Shown here: piece by piece, positions 25,401 through 39,524 of the stretch
Position numbering within the stretch: the stretch's first letter is position 1
How the letters are laid out: each line of letters begins with the position of its first letter
From: Sminthopsis crassicaudata
Taxonomy: Eukaryota
Assembly (NCBI RefSeq): GCF_048593235.1
Contig: NC_133620.1
Location: forward strand, 44,704,852-44,768,851
DNA: 64,000 nt
Direction: 5' to 3'
Notes under the pieces: model-generated
What the model was told of the DNA's origin: nothing
Seen by the model: the letters and a program-made list of their open reading frames with translations, nothing else
Database searches by the model: none
Program-made: the position numbers and the translations under genes

Positions 25401-27569
25401 TTATCCTTTCCTGCTCTTAGATGAACAAACATTTGAGGGTATAGAAATATTGAAAGAAACAGCTGAGATCCAGTGGCCAAGACCAACTAGGACTAAGCCC
25501 AGTTGATGACAGATTGTGATATGCAAGCTAGAAAGCAGTTCTTCTATTGATTGTGCTACACCTGAAAATGAACACTGTTATGGAAGCACAATTTTTGAGT
25601 CATCTTCTGTCTTTAGAGTAGATCTAAGAGAGTGTTCCTAATTTCAAAGATCATTGATTATTTGTTCTTGACATAGGTTTTCATTAAATATTCTTCTACA
25701 AAAGCCAATTAATATTAGTTACCAATGATATCAAAGGGTAAACATTACATTAAATGACCACAGGGAAATCAAGAAATAATATTGGAAGGAATACACCAGA
25801 CAGGGCCTTGAGTTTATAGCATTGTACCACACTGTGCATCATGCTACCCCTAGAACCTTGAAGGGAAAATGTAGCCAGATGCATAATGGGGTATCTATGT
25901 GTTAGTGGACACATGTATTGGAAGAATAAGTCCAGAATCTTGAAACCCAAGTAAGAAATGAGATATTTTGCCTCATTGACAAAGAGTATAGACAAAATAC
26001 TTCACGTCTAGATTTTTCCCAAATGTTTTCTACTCTGATGAAATATTTGCCTTTATATTTCCATTAGATTGAATTATTCCTTTGAACATGATGACACTGT
26101 TAATCTCAGTTTAGTTACTACTGATGGTTTAAAAAGAAGTACAGTAGGAAACTAAATCAAACAATTGTCTTAAATGAGAAGCTCTTTTTCCTTCTGTATT
26201 CTTAGCTGTCATCTCTTTAGATGTGAACAGAAGAAAACTATTTTATGGTCAGGAAAAACAATCAGTTTTAACAAGCTAGCTTCTTTGTTACTCTGATTGC
26301 TTTGATTTTTACAAGTGAGAAAGCAGAAGTAGAAAATGTCATCATCGTTAAAAGGCATGGATTAGATACCAATATTTGCTTTCATTGGTGATCAGTGCTT
26401 TGCAATTTAATTTCACAGACGGGTCTCTCCTTTATAAAAGCATCGTATCTAAGACCCACATTGATGATGTAGACATATAGAAGACATAAAAACACTGCAG
26501 TAAAGCTAATAAAACAAAGTTTTTATGCTGAATATACATTGGTGGGATTAGGAATTATTTACTCTTGAAACCTTGATTGTATTATCACTTTAATGAGATG
26601 CACATTATTCTATGGTTTGTATATTGGTGGGGTTGAAAAGTTCATCACCTGATTTTCACCCCATTGTGTCTAAGTATTAGGGTTTCTCCCCATCCTGTTT
26701 CTGTATCTTTTTTTTGGATAATATATATGAAACATTTGGTAGGCCTTAAAAGATTTTATGAATGGCATCTAGTAGCATCATCAGCCTTATACATCAATTC
26801 ACTCTGCTTCTAACTGAGCACATATCTGGAGTGTGCACACTTCTCTAACTCTTTCAATATCCCCAGATTTCTTTAAAACTCAGGATCACCTTCTACATAA
26901 AACCATTCAACATTTCCTGTTTGCTAATGTTTTCTCACCAAAAACAAAACAAAGCAAAACAGAACCCTCCAAAAAATAAAGAGGGAGGCAGACCCAGTAT
27001 TCTATTCACTGGGCCACCAGCTACCTACATTAAAAAACACAGCTTATTTTGTAAACAGAATATATTATGCAGACATACATATATACATCAGTATTTTAAA
27101 GAACATGTGTATGATGTGTCCTCTTATAGTCTATAAATTTTTTGCAAACAGGGACTTTTTGTCTTTGTACCTCAGCACTTAACACAATGCCTGCAACATA
27201 GCAAGCAGTTAACAAATGTTTTACTGATTGACTGCTGGTGCTTCTCTATCTTTTCTCTTCATTGTGGATGGCTATTTAAACAACTGTGTCTATGCATATA
27301 TTTATTTTTACATATATGTGTGTGTTTACATAAAATTTTGAATTCCAAAATTTGCTTATTAACTGGTTTTATAATTTTTATTCAATCAAACACAAATTTC
27401 AGAGTTCACTTATCCTGTCTGTGCTGAGCAGATTTCTTTAGAATTAAAGCATTCAGAAATAACTAGCTCTATGAACTCATACAGGAGGATAAGGAAGATC
27501 CTGCTTCTTTTAGACAGATCAGTTCAGCACAGGAACTTTTCAGAATAGGAAAAGTATATATGTTTTTAA

Positions 27570-28060
27570 ATTAATTCAATTTGTTTCAACAAGCACCTAT
27601 AAAGAATTGATTATGTGTAAGATATTAAGGATAAAAGGCAACATAAAAGAGTCTGTAAAAGGGATAAAAGATGTGAATCAGTCCATATAAGATAATACAT
27701 TGCAATTTAAAAGGGGAAATAATGCTAAGAATTGTAGGAAGGAGATCAGCAGATGCCTTGTATAAGAAATACCACCCAAACTGTGCCTTGAAGAAAGCTG
27801 GGGATTCTACAGGGTAGAGGAGAGGGGACAACATATTCCAAAAATGGGTAATTGTATGAAACCATGGATACATATTCTTGGAAGGGGGACAAAAAGTAGG
27901 ATGATTTCATTGCGATAGAGAATTTTGATAAGAATGGCATGAAATAATGCTGCAAATGATGGTGGGATGCAGATTGTTAAAGGCTTTCAAAAACACAATT
28001 GGGGAATTTGAGTTTTTTTCCTAGAGGCAATAGGGAGTCATTGGAGATTTAGGCAATTTT
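27570..28060 (-). mobile_element. L2 LINE 3' fragment
   Basis: ttcaacaagcacctat... through ...cctagaggcaatagggagtcattggag, antisense L2 pattern. Confidence 0.7.
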
Positions 28061-28199
28061 TATGAAATGAAATATAACCAATGGCTTGGAAACAAAGCTT
28101 GTTTTTAAAAAGAAAAAAATAAATGGGTTCTTTGAAGCAAATGACAAACCCAGCATAGAATAATGATGGAGAACTTTACTGGCCATCTCACAATCATAG

Positions 28200-29150
28200 C
28201 CTAAAATCACAGAAACTCAAAGATGCAAAAGAGCAGTCTTCAACTATTTCATCCAGTTCTTGTAAAATGAATTTTCTATACATCATATCAACTTCTACAT
28301 CAGTAAAAAGGAACTCATTTGCTCCAAAGGCAGATCATTTCATTTTGGGGTAGCTCTAATTATTAATAATATTTTCCTTCTATTTAATCAAAATTTCCAT
28401 CTCAAATTTCTACCCATTACCTCTATTTCTTCTCCAAAGGATCAAGTAGAAGACACAAATCAGTCTTGTCTTTGGATGACAACTCTTGTAATGTTTGAAG
28501 ACAGTCATTATGTTCTCCCTTGGCACAAAACTTTATTTTCTCAAGGCTAACTATTATTAGTTCCTTCATAATGATATTCGAACAAATGATACTAAATGAA
28601 ATCCAGTTCATTGATCTATGTTCCTTGTTTTCAATCTGCTGCCTTTTTTCTCTTTGCCTTTATCCCAATAAATCTCCTTGCCTGGACTTACCATCTCTTT
28701 CTTCCTTTTCTATAAGTTGAAGTTCCATTTTTCTTGCATAATCAAACTCAGATGTTATGAAGCTTATCCTGACTCTGCTTTAGCCAGCTGAAAGTGATCT
28801 CTCACTCAACTCACAGCATTTTGCCAGATTTTCTCTTTTGTACTTTCCTTAACTTTCCTTCTAGTGTAACTTTAAAAAATTGCATTTTTCTTCAGCCCTA
28901 CTATATGGTGAAGCTTCTTGAAATCAAGGCCTGTTTCTCACAGATCTTTGTATTGCCAGCACTTAGGACAGTGCTCCCTCCAAATGTGGTAAGAACTCAA
29001 TAAATATTTATTGAATAAAGTTATATGGTCACCAGGATTTGCATCTGTTCTGATACTCTTCTGAACCTACCCTAGATTATCAGTCTCCTTCCTTCCAATA
29101 GGTATTAATCTAAAATTGAATAAATATATTCTAGATGCGGAATGAATAGT
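28200..29150 (-). mobile_element. CR1/L3 fragments interrupted by an L2 tail (about 28860-29010, +)
   Basis: atcacagaaactcaaagatg...ttcatccagttc antisense CR1 end; ccaaaggcagatcatttcattttggggtagctctaattatt. Confidence 0.55.
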
Positions 29151-29314
29151 GCTTATATCAAATGTTTCCCATGAATTTTCAGACTGCTGATGGTAAGTCT
29201 CCAGCTATATCCCATTGACTTTAATTTCCTATTAACCATTTTTTTGCTCTATTCTGCCTTAGTTAAAGATCACAATTCTTAGTAGAGAAAGGAGAAGCAA
29301 GTTCATTGGTTCTG

Positions 29315-29550
29315 GGATATCCAGGTAGCACAGTGGGTAAAATGCCTGCCCAGGAATCAAGAAAACCTGAGTACAAATCTGGCTTCAGATATTTAACTGG
29401 TTGTGTGACCTATGACAAATCCCAACCTCTATGGCCTTATGGGCATAACAATAATAACTTCCTTTCAGGGTTGTTGTAAGGATCAAATAAAATATTTCAA
29501 AGCACTTTTTACAATGCTTGGCAAATAGTAAAAGCTAAAATGTTTGTTTC
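29315..29550 (+). mobile_element. MIR SINE
   Basis: Head, CORE and tail cagggttgttgtaaggatcaaat...aaagcact. Confidence 0.8.
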
Positions 29551-29995
29551 CTTCCTCCTTTCTGTATTTACTCTGAGCAGCAATAGCACTCTATCTTCTT
29601 TGATCCACTTCTAATCCCTAAAATAAATTTTTAAAAATTATCTTTGTCTTAATCATGATTTTCTCAGGGTTAGTGATTGGACTATTGAGCCTTAGGTCTT
29701 CTCTACTCTATTCTTACATGATATTGCCAAATTGCCAAACTTTAATATTCATTCTTACCCATGTTGTTTCTGATGTATATACTTAAAAAAATTACAAGTT
29801 TGTTAATGAATTTCCTCTGCATTTCCATTGGATCTATTAAACAGTCTTCTTCCAATGATATTTGAAATCACTTGAGAACATATGACTTGACCTATGCAAT
29901 TTCAGTTTATAGGATCATTATCTGTTCATTTTCTGAACCTAAGGTCAACAATAATCATGATTTTTTTGAAAGTTTTACATTTTAAAAATTATTTC

Positions 29996-30937
29996 TTTTT
30001 TTAATATTATAGTTTTTTATTTACAAGACATATGTATGGGTAATTTTTCAGCATTGACCAGTGCAAAATTTTTAGTTCCAACTTTTCCCCCCTTACCCCT
30101 CACTCTTCCCCGTGATGGCAGGTTGACCAATACATGTTAAATATGTTAAAGTATAAGTTAAATACAATATATGTATACATGGCCATACAGTTATTTTGCT
30201 GTACAAAAAGAATTGGACTTTGAAACAGTGTACAATTAACCTGTGAAGGAAATCAAAAATTTAGGCGGGCAAAAATAGAAAGATTGGGAATTCTATGTAA
30301 TGGTTCATAGTCATCTCCCAGAGTTCTTTCTCTGGATGTAACTGGTTCAGTTCATTACTGTTCTATTGGAACTGATTTGGTTCATCTCATTGTTGAAGAG
30401 AGCTATGTCTGTCAGAATTGATCATCATATAGTATTGTTGTTGGAGTATATAATGATCACCTGGTCTGGCTCATTTCACTCAGCATCAGCTCATGTAAGT
30501 CTCTCCAGGCCTTTCTGACATCATCCTGCTGGTCATTTCTTACAGAAGAATAATATTCCATAATATTCATATACCACAATTTATTCAGCCATTCTCCAAT
30601 TGATGGGCATCTACTCAGTTTCCAGTTTCCAGCCACTACAAAGAAGGCTGCCACAAACATTCTTGCACATGTGAGTCCCTTTCCCTTCTTTAAGATCTCT
30701 TTGAGATATAAGCCCAGTAGTAATGCTGCTGGATCAAAGGGTATGCATAGTTTGATAACTTTTTGAGCATAATTCCAGATTGCTCTCCAGAATGGCTGGA
30801 TGTATTCACAATTCCACCAACAATGCATCAGTGTCCCAGTTTTCCCACATCCTCTCCAACATTCAGCATTATCTTTCCCTGTCATTCTAGCCAATTTGAC
30901 AGGTGTGTAATGGCATCTCAGAGTTGTCTTAATTTGC
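29996..30937 (-). mobile_element. 5'-truncated marsupial L1 (ORF2 C-terminus plus 3' UTR)
   Basis: ORF 30457-30936 reads QIKTTLRCHYTP...CWRGCGKTGTLMHCWWNC (ORF2 CCHC zinc knuckle); T-rich end at about 29996. Confidence 0.95.
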
Positions 30938-31084
30938 TTAATCATGGTTTATAAAAATGATTAAGGATAGTAAAATTGAGGTTTTTTCCATTTATTTCTA
31001 GGGAAAAACAACAAAAAGATGTAGTATATCTTGTCCTTCAAATAATTCAATTTCTTTTTTATTGTTTATTTTGAAGATCAAGAT

Positions 31085-31720
31085 AATTGTCAATCCATAT
31101 GTACATCAATGATTGAAGTGGATCTTTTAATGGTGGCAAGGAATTGGAAATGAGTGAATGCTCATAAATTGGGGAATCCTGAATAAGTTTTGGTATATGA
31201 AGGTAATGGAATGTTATTATTCTATAACAAATTGTGAACAGGCTTATTTCAAGAAAAGTCTAGAAAAACTTATATGAAATGATGCTAAGTGAAGTGAGCA
31301 GAACCAGGAAGACACTATACATAGTAATAACAGGATTGTGTGATCATCAATTATGATAAACTTAACTCTTCTCAGCAAGTCATTGTTCTAAGACAATTCC
31401 AATAGCCTTGGGGTAGAAAATGTTAGCCACATTAAGAGAGAGAACTATAAAGACTGAACATAGATTAAAATATTATTTCTACTTTTTTTTGTTTGCTTTT
31501 TTTCTTTTTTTTTTGTTTTGTGTTTTTCTCTCTTTTGTTCTGATTTTTTTCCACAGAGTGACTAGTATGGAAATATATGTAACCTGTATGAGATTGGTTA
31601 CTGTCTTAGGAAGGGGAGAGGGAAGTAAGGAAGGGAGGAAGAAAAAAATTGGAAATCAAAATCTTATAAAGAAGAAAATTTAAAAATATATTTGCATATA
31701 ATTGGAAAAATAAAATACTG
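31085..31720 (+). mobile_element. older L1 3' fragment
   Basis: gtggcaaggaattggaaatgagtgaatgc...tggtatatgaaggtaatggaatgttatt...aagtgagcagaaccagg; degraded ORF2 end and 3' UTR. Confidence 0.85.
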
Positions 31721-32228
31721 TTGAATTTTTTTTAAAAAAAGGATAACTGCCAAGTTCAAACTTCCACATATAACATTAAACCACCAGTTTCCAAGAAATA
31801 ATTATTTTGAATGACCTACTGAAGGATTTGGGCCTTTTCTGTTCAGCATGTAACAATGACTTTAATTAAGATCAAGATTAATCAGTATGCAGTTATTATA
31901 CACTTATCATTGGCAAAGCATTGTGCTAGATACTAAGGATACAAACATAAAAATGACGTAGTCCTTGTCCTCAAAGAATACAAACAGAATATTCTGCTAT
32001 GAAGTAATGAGCTTCCTGGAAATTAGAGATTTTTCAGAAGCAACTAATGACTGAGGTATGAGAGTTGGAATAGAGGATTTCCTGGTCCTTTGAAAGTCTA
32101 TTTATTATTTCTTTTATGAAATCATATGAAATCATAAAATTATGATTCTGAAAAGAATCAACAAAATTAGAAAATGTACCAAATATCCAATTCTTGTTCT
32201 CCCAATATTGGATAAAATGGTGGGAATG

Positions 32229-32308
32229 GATGACCTAAAATTATGCTTTCCTCCTTGATTTTCTCCATCGATGACCTAAAATTATTTTCCTCCTTGATTT
32301 TCTCCATA
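32229..32308. repeat. about 41-bp tandem duplication
   Basis: gatgacctaaaattat(gc)tttcctccttgattttctccat present twice. Confidence 0.95.
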
Positions 32309-34046
32309 GTAATGACCAAGAGATTGGGATCATTCTTAAGTTGTCAAATAAGAGCAATTCTTCTTAAAACCATATCATTTCTTGATTTAAAAGATCTCTA
32401 AGTACTTTAGAAAATTAAACCTTATGGATTGTTATTGTTGTTCAAATCTGTTGTTATAGCTTACTTTTTGTGAATCCTAGTGGCTTTCTTGGCTAGTATA
32501 CTGGAATGGTTTGTAGATTAAGATAAATTGAGTTTAAAGGACTTGCCCAAAGGCATATGTTTCATGTTTGAGGTCAGACTTAGACACAGTTTTTTCTAAC
32601 TCTAGGCACAGCACTCTATCCACTGAGCCACGTGGGTTCCTCTTAGGCAAACAGAGCTTAAGTGATTTGCTTATATATTTAGTAGGGTTTGAAGATGAGA
32701 TGTGAACTCAGGCACATTGCTTTCTCCACTGAGCCATATTACTGCTCTAAACCTTACAGTGGGCTATGAAATAAGAGGTACATTTTTAGAAGGAATAAAA
32801 TGCTATGGAAAACAATATCAGGTAAAGTTTATTTTTTTTTAAATGAAGACATATGCAAAAATTGAATAATCATTTAATTGAATAATCATTTATTAAACTA
32901 TAATCTGAGGTAAAATAATGAAGAACTCTATCCACGTTCTTTTCACAGTTAACAGAGCATGTATATATTTAAATCGTTTTCAATTTTTTGATTCATAGGA
33001 TGGCAGGACGTTTGATAAAGAGGGACCATGTCTATGGAATTCTTTTACTGTTTTGGCCTAAGTGATGCTTATTACACTATTACTTAATATACGTACACAC
33101 ACACACAAACACATACATGCATTTTTGCATGTACATGTGCACATAAAACCCATCACCCCAAACTTTTAGCATAACCTAATAGGTAGGAAAAATTATTTTC
33201 CTGCCTATTCAATATGTTTTCATTTGTTCTAAGAGAGTTTATCTCCCCACTACTCAAATAACCTTTAATCATAGTTTTTCAAAAACACATCATAACTATG
33301 AAGCCTCTTAGACTTTAGATTATTTTAATTATATGTCATCTGTTTTACAAATAGATAGGCTTTACATTACTGGAAAAATCCTTTCTCTAACAGGAAGGGA
33401 ATGTTGTGCTAGAAAAAATGTTTAGTCTATACAAGTCCTATTAACACAGAGGCAACTTTCACAGGAAACTCCTGGCTTTGCCAGAAATTACATCCTTTTT
33501 TCCTTCTTTTCTGAGAAAGTTGACAACTTCACATATATAATAGCTTCTCTTTTTCTCTTATTCTTCAGAATTTTCTTGGCCCATCATCTAGGAGATTTCT
33601 TTGTGCCATTCTCACTCTTCAACTATTATCCTTTTGGCCCATAAATTCTATCCCTTTGGTTCTGTCTTATCAAGTGCTTTTTCTAATTTCTCTTCAAAAT
33701 ATATTTCTGTGAAGCTCCTGGTAAGCATCTATCTTCCTACCTGGATGCCTCAATGAGAGTAACTGGAAACAGAGGTAGAGGTTTAATAGATGTAAAGAGA
33801 CATTACAACTTACCATTTTCACTGAGGACAAAGAATAATAGGAAGAATAAGAAAACATGAAGAGCAGGTGAAAATTTAAGTAGAATGTTACATTCATGAT
33901 TCTTGCCTAGAAAACCTCTGATCAATTGTGTTTCTCTAGCCCATTTGATGAAATTGAAAAATATGAGGAGAGAGAGATATAACAAGATATTAAGATTTTA
34001 ATGGAAAAATACAGATATGTTTATACTTAATTTCTCCTTTAGCAAG

Positions 34047-34580
34047 TGTGAATTAAAGCCTGATCAATTAGGTGGAGTTATAGAATTATAGCCCCTTTGC
34101 GTGGCTGTTCGTTCAGTCACAACATTCAGGGCGTTTAAAAAACCACTCAGCTTCAGGAGAGACATTCTTGAAAGAGTCAGCTGAGACAGCCAGCTTTCTG
34201 CAGCGCTTCTAGCTGACATTGGCAAATCGAAGTTCTAATTCCCCCACCCTTGTCTCTGAGGCTATGTGTAGCTTAGCAGAGTATAATTGTGAGTTCAATA
34301 AGATAGCAAGAAGAGTTAAGAATGATTTTCACATCTGAAATATATTGAGAGTTAATCTGTAGCAAGAAGCTGACCTAGGGATCTCAGCTGAGTCACTTGC
34401 CTAGCAGAAACGCTCTCCCCAGGGAGCAGCAGTGTGGATCTCTTCTGACAAGAGAAGTGCCATTTCTTGTATGATCTAGCAGTAGAGATGAGAGTTATCT
34501 TACTTGTATCTAAATGTATCTAAATGCGTGCTTCTATGCTACTGTATTCTGTTTGCCTACTCTTCTCACTGTCCTAATGG
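34047..34580. mobile_element. possible ERV solo LTR running into the gap
   Basis: Abrupt GC/CpG-richer block starting TG, TATA-like tttaaaaaa after gggcg, LTR-like 3' composition; no TSD confirmed. Confidence 0.35.
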
Positions 34581-34990
34581 NNNNNNNNNNNNNNNNNNNN
34601 NNNNNNNNNNNNNNNNNNNNNNNNNNNNNNNNNNNNNNNNNNNNNNNNNNNNNNNNNNNNNNNNNNNNNNNNNNNNNNNNNNNNNNNNNNNNNNNNNNNN
34701 NNNNNNNNNNNNNNNNNNNNNNNNNNNNNNNNNNNNNNNNNNNNNNNNNNNNNNNNNNNNNNNNNNNNNNNNNNNNNNNNNNNNNNNNNNNNNNNNNNNN
34801 NNNNNNNNNNNNNNNNNNNNNNNNNNNNNNNNNNNNNNNNNNNNNNNNNNNNNNNNNNNNNNNNNNNNNNNNNNNNNNNNNNNNNNNNNNNNNNNNNNNN
34901 NNNNNNNNNNNNNNNNNNNNNNNNNNNNNNNNNNNNNNNNNNNNNNNNNNNNNNNNNNNNNNNNNNNNNNNNNNNNNNNNNNNNNNNNNN
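34581..34990. other. assembly gap (N run)
   Basis: Run of N. Confidence 1.
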
Positions 34991-35654
34991 GTTGCACTGT
35001 TATGCCCTTTCAATAATGCCTTTTCTATGAGCTAATTATATTAATCTCCTGACTATTAAAGGTAAATGTCCCTGTGGGGTTTCATGAGTTACAGTTTTAT
35101 GAGTATGAACTCACAGTGGTTCTTGCCTACCATGGGTATTCTCCCCCTCTGGAGACTAAATCTGTGAGATCAAATTGCAAGTGTGATAGTCTAAAGTTGG
35201 TGTTGTAAACAGATTACACTTGTTCTTTTTTTTGACCCCAGAAAAAAAGTATATGGAAAAATGGCTACAGGTTGCAGAAAGGCAAATGAGGAAAAAAAAC
35301 CTTTCTGAATTGGTAGTTATCTGAAAGTAGAATTGTCTGCCTTGAAAAGTCATGGATTAGCTGTAGTTTTTAACCATGTTAGATTTTTTTTATAAAGGCA
35401 AATCTTATTCAGGTGTGGGTTGGAAGAGATGTCCACTGAGGTCCCTTTCAATTATGTGAAGCTTCGTATTTTCTTTGATGTGCAGATGATAAAATTAATG
35501 AATGAGATTTATTTTTCTACATTTTATAGCTACAGCTATTTGCAATACAAAAATTGTTTAATACTAAGAGCATAAAGACAATTTTTCTAGTTAAAGATCC
35601 TCAGGAAAATATTAGCCCTTTATAATCACAAAAGTTTATAGAGAAATTTAGACT

Positions 35655-35800
35655 GGGGGCAGCTAATTGGTCTAGTGGTTAGAGCACCAACCCTGAAATT
35701 AGGAGGACCTAAGTTCAAATCTGCCCTCTGACACTTAACACTTCCTGTCACTTAACCCCAATTGCCTCAGCAAACTAAATAAATAAATACATAAAATAAA
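35655..35800 (+). mobile_element. WSINE1-like SINE
   Basis: ggggcagctaattgg...aggaggacctaagttcaaat...gacacttaacactt...aaccccaattgcctcagcaaa plus (TAAA)n tail. Confidence 0.85.
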
Positions 35801-36449
35801 ATTAGAATTATTGGGACCATATGATGCTCTTTAATACAATAATTTAAAAGAGTTCTCTGATAAAGAACTACCAATTTCTTTATACATTGAAAAAGATGAG
35901 TTTATATAGATTAAATACAAGCTTTGAAACTTTGGCACTTATGGCTGTTACTGGTATTTTAATATAGTATGTCAGAAATAGATTGAGAAAGGATATAGTT
36001 TTGCCTTTTGAATTCATTCCTAAACATCTTACCCCTTTTCATATCTAGCTAATATCTTTTCCCCCCAGAACCTCTTTTTTTTGGGTCATCCACTATAACA
36101 TTTGTGTTTGTTCCCAAATGTATATTGCTTCATTTCTGTGCTTTCCACACAAAAGGGGAAGGAGCAAATTTTTGGATTAAGCTATGAGAGGCAGTTGTAA
36201 AACTCTTAATATAAACATGGGTCAAAAACTACACCTTTAGTTTGGCCAATATTATGGACAATTCAGCTTTGTCTTTTTAATTCTATTCAATTTCTGATCT
36301 AGGTTCCAAGCTAAAAAAAATATGATTGTTTTTATCTACAGGAAATATGCATTCACAATATGTTAGACATCCACCAACAATTTATTCTCTCAATGCTTTT
36401 TTTGTTCTTTTAGGTTAAACTTACTGATATGTGTTTGTATTTTATAGCT

Positions 36450-36588
36450 NNNNNNNNNNNNNNNNNNNNNNNNNNNNNNNNNNNNNNNNNNNNNNNNNNN
36501 NNNNNNNNNNNNNNNNNNNNNNNNNNNNNNNNNNNNNNNNNNNNNNNNNNNNNNNNNNNNNNNNNNNNNNNNNNNNNNNNNNNNNNNN
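36450..36588. other. assembly gap (N run)
   Basis: Run of N. Confidence 1.
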
Positions 36589-37953
36589 CAGTATCTAAAT
36601 ATCAATTTTGTAAGGGAGAAAGAAATTCCTTTAGAGTAAGGGTTATCACCTTTAAATTTTTTTTTACTTCAGTACGTATTTCATTACACATTTCCTAATT
36701 ACATGTAAAACATTTTAACAATCATTTTATATGTATGTGTCTATATGTGAATGTATACATTTGCATCTCTATGTCTTTCTGTGTGTATGTGTGTATGTGT
36801 GTGAAACCCTCAGCTAACTGGAAAGGTTTTACCCTCTATTTTGAATTCCAACTTTTCTCCTTTCTTTCTGCCTCCATCCATTAAGAAGATAACCAAATAT
36901 GATATTGATTTAGATATAAGCTCCTTTCATTTTTGCCTTCATATCTCCAGTGCCTTAAATTCCTAATTTTTCATTCTTGGTACTTAGTAGACACAAGTTA
37001 AAGCCTGAATGGGGACTTATCATCATTTTTTAATGTATTGAGAAGCTATGTATATCACACATATTTTTATATAAAACTGAAACACAATTCTTTTGATATT
37101 GACCAGCTATCATTATTATGTAAAAAATATGAAATTCCTTTTCAAGTAAAATGTAATAAATTGGATTTTGAATATATTAAACTGTTTATTTTTCCTTATA
37201 CAAAATTTCCATCTTAAATAGAATGTTTTAATAGGTTAAATAGATAAAATCAAGATCCATGGAAAACTATCTTTGCCAGAAAGTTAGAACTTTTGTGACC
37301 TCTGGTGAAGATTAAGGTATCTATTGAGCATGGGAACTGTAATAATAATAATAATGTTATTTATAAAGGTGAGTTCTTTGGGATAGGGGGAAAACTAGGG
37401 GATATGTGGGATAAAATGCAGAAAATAATCATATTGTATATTCATTTATAACATTTTATAATTGAATATATTCATATGAAGACCGACCAAGTGGTTAAAC
37501 AATTGCAATATGACAGCATCCTTTTATAAATTATTTCCTACATGGAGAATATTTTGTGAGAAATAGGTACTGGGAGAGAATTGAGTTATATATTTAAAGA
37601 ACTCATTTTATAAGTGAATAAAAAAAAATCTGAAACAACCAATCTTTGCTGATGAATACTAAAGGAGTGGGTGATTTTTATGTGTATAGCACTGGTCAGA
37701 ATCAGTGTTAAAAGCAGATAGGTGCCTTCCTAATCTCTAATGTCTGCTTTTTGTGATCCTTAACCAAAGCTGCATTTCAGTTTTGAAGAATATTATTCTC
37801 CAAAGGATCTGCCCTGCTGACTTCTTTCCCTGTTAACAGTATTACATCATCTTTGAACAGAAACCCTTTATAGTTTATCTTAGCCTGGCAGCTCAAAGAT
37901 ACAGGTAGCTTTTATTTCTGGTCATTGAGATAGGGCATCCCAAAACATTGATA

Positions 37954-37957
<4 letters not shown>

Positions 37958-38002
<45 letters not shown>
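37958..38002. repeat. (TG)22 microsatellite
   Basis: Perfect TG run. Confidence 1.
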
Positions 38003-38005
<3 letters not shown>

Positions 38006-39524
38006 AATAATCTATTTTTGAAAGTAGAACTCATCTATTTTCTTATTTATTTTTAATAAAATATATCCCTCTCTGCACCTCCTTCCCATCATCCAATAGG
38101 AGCAATTTTATACTCTATGAAAAGAAAACCAATGGGGAGGGAAACTAAGTGGGTACAGTGCACAGAGAACCAGTCATGGAGTTAGGAGGATCTGAGGTCA
38201 AATTTGACCTCAGATGCTTCCCCTCTTTGTACAAAAACAAAAGAAAGAAAACCAATAAGAAATCACAAGATATTTTTGAAAAAAAATACACATATTAATT
38301 TCAGAAGCATTCCAATAAAATGAATGAAAAGTCATGATTAAGTGTTTATGATGTGTCATCCTCCAGTCAATATAGCTTAAGCAAATAGAAAGTTTCAAAG
38401 CCAGGAGGACCTGAATTCAAGCATTGCCTTTGACAGGTCACACACTGTCTGTGTGACCATGGGCAAGTCACTTAACCTGCTACTATACTTTGGTGGAACC
38501 TTTCTTCCTATTGGGGTTCCCTATATCAATCAAATCAGAGCTCCAGTACTTATCCCTAAGTACCAGGCACTATGTTAATAAAATAAACCCAAAAAAAACC
38601 CCACCAAATGTGAGACTCTCAATGAGGATCCTCTAAAGTCCATAAATTATGTAGAATAAGATGAATTCAAATTCAGATACTTATGAATGAATTATTTTTA
38701 ACGATGTAAAGAATACTTATAAAGTACCTTCAGATGTATAAAGCATTTTCTTGGAGTGATACGAGAGTAAAGCAAATAATATCTCTATTGTCTATATTTT
38801 TAATATGTTTAGATAGTATATTTCCCCAGTAGAATATAAGCTCCTTGAGGGCAAGGATTATTTCCATTTTGCTTTTTGCATCCCCAGTATCTTGCACATA
38901 GTGAGTAATCGTTAAAGATTATTAAATTACATCAAATTTGAAGAAACAGAGGCTTTGATATCAATGACTTTTCTAAACCAACAGAGTTAACAAGCTTCCA
39001 AGACAAGACTTGAGCTCTGGAGTCTCCTGGCTTCAATTCCTATGAGAACTTTTGTCGCTATAACTTTACTAGGACAGGAGGAAGATAGGTGAGGGCTAAA
39101 ATTTCATTTTCTTCTAGAAGCCTTTCCCACTCCCCTTTCATGCAAATACCTTCCCTCTGAGATTACCTCCAATTTTTCATCTACATATATGCGGATATAT
39201 GAACACATGTATGCTTTTATCATTTATCTATCTATATATCTTATCTATTTTTATATAACATTTGTTTCTTGGCTTCTCAATTAGACTACAAGTTTCTTGA
39301 GATTAAGACTGTTTGTGTCTATGTGTGTGTGTGTATCTTTAACATCTATCATAGTCCCTGCCACATAATGAATCCTTAATAAATGCTTATTGAGTTGGCT
39401 CTATCAATAAACAAATATATATTAAATGCTAGGCACTCTGGTAGGTTTTGGGGTTACTAATAAAAAGAATGAAACAATCCATAATTGTGTTGAGTTGACA
39501 TTCTATAGGAGAGACAAGAAATTC

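Noticed and set aside
29952-30950. Possible TSD taatcatg around the minus-strand L1
   Set aside because: The left copy is about 35 bp from the T-rich end, and an 8-bp AT-rich match is not significant.
30763-30954. ORFs 30763-30954, 63334-63525, 41899-42087, 42402-42635, 51633-52283
   Set aside because: Antisense or alternative frames of L1 fragments.
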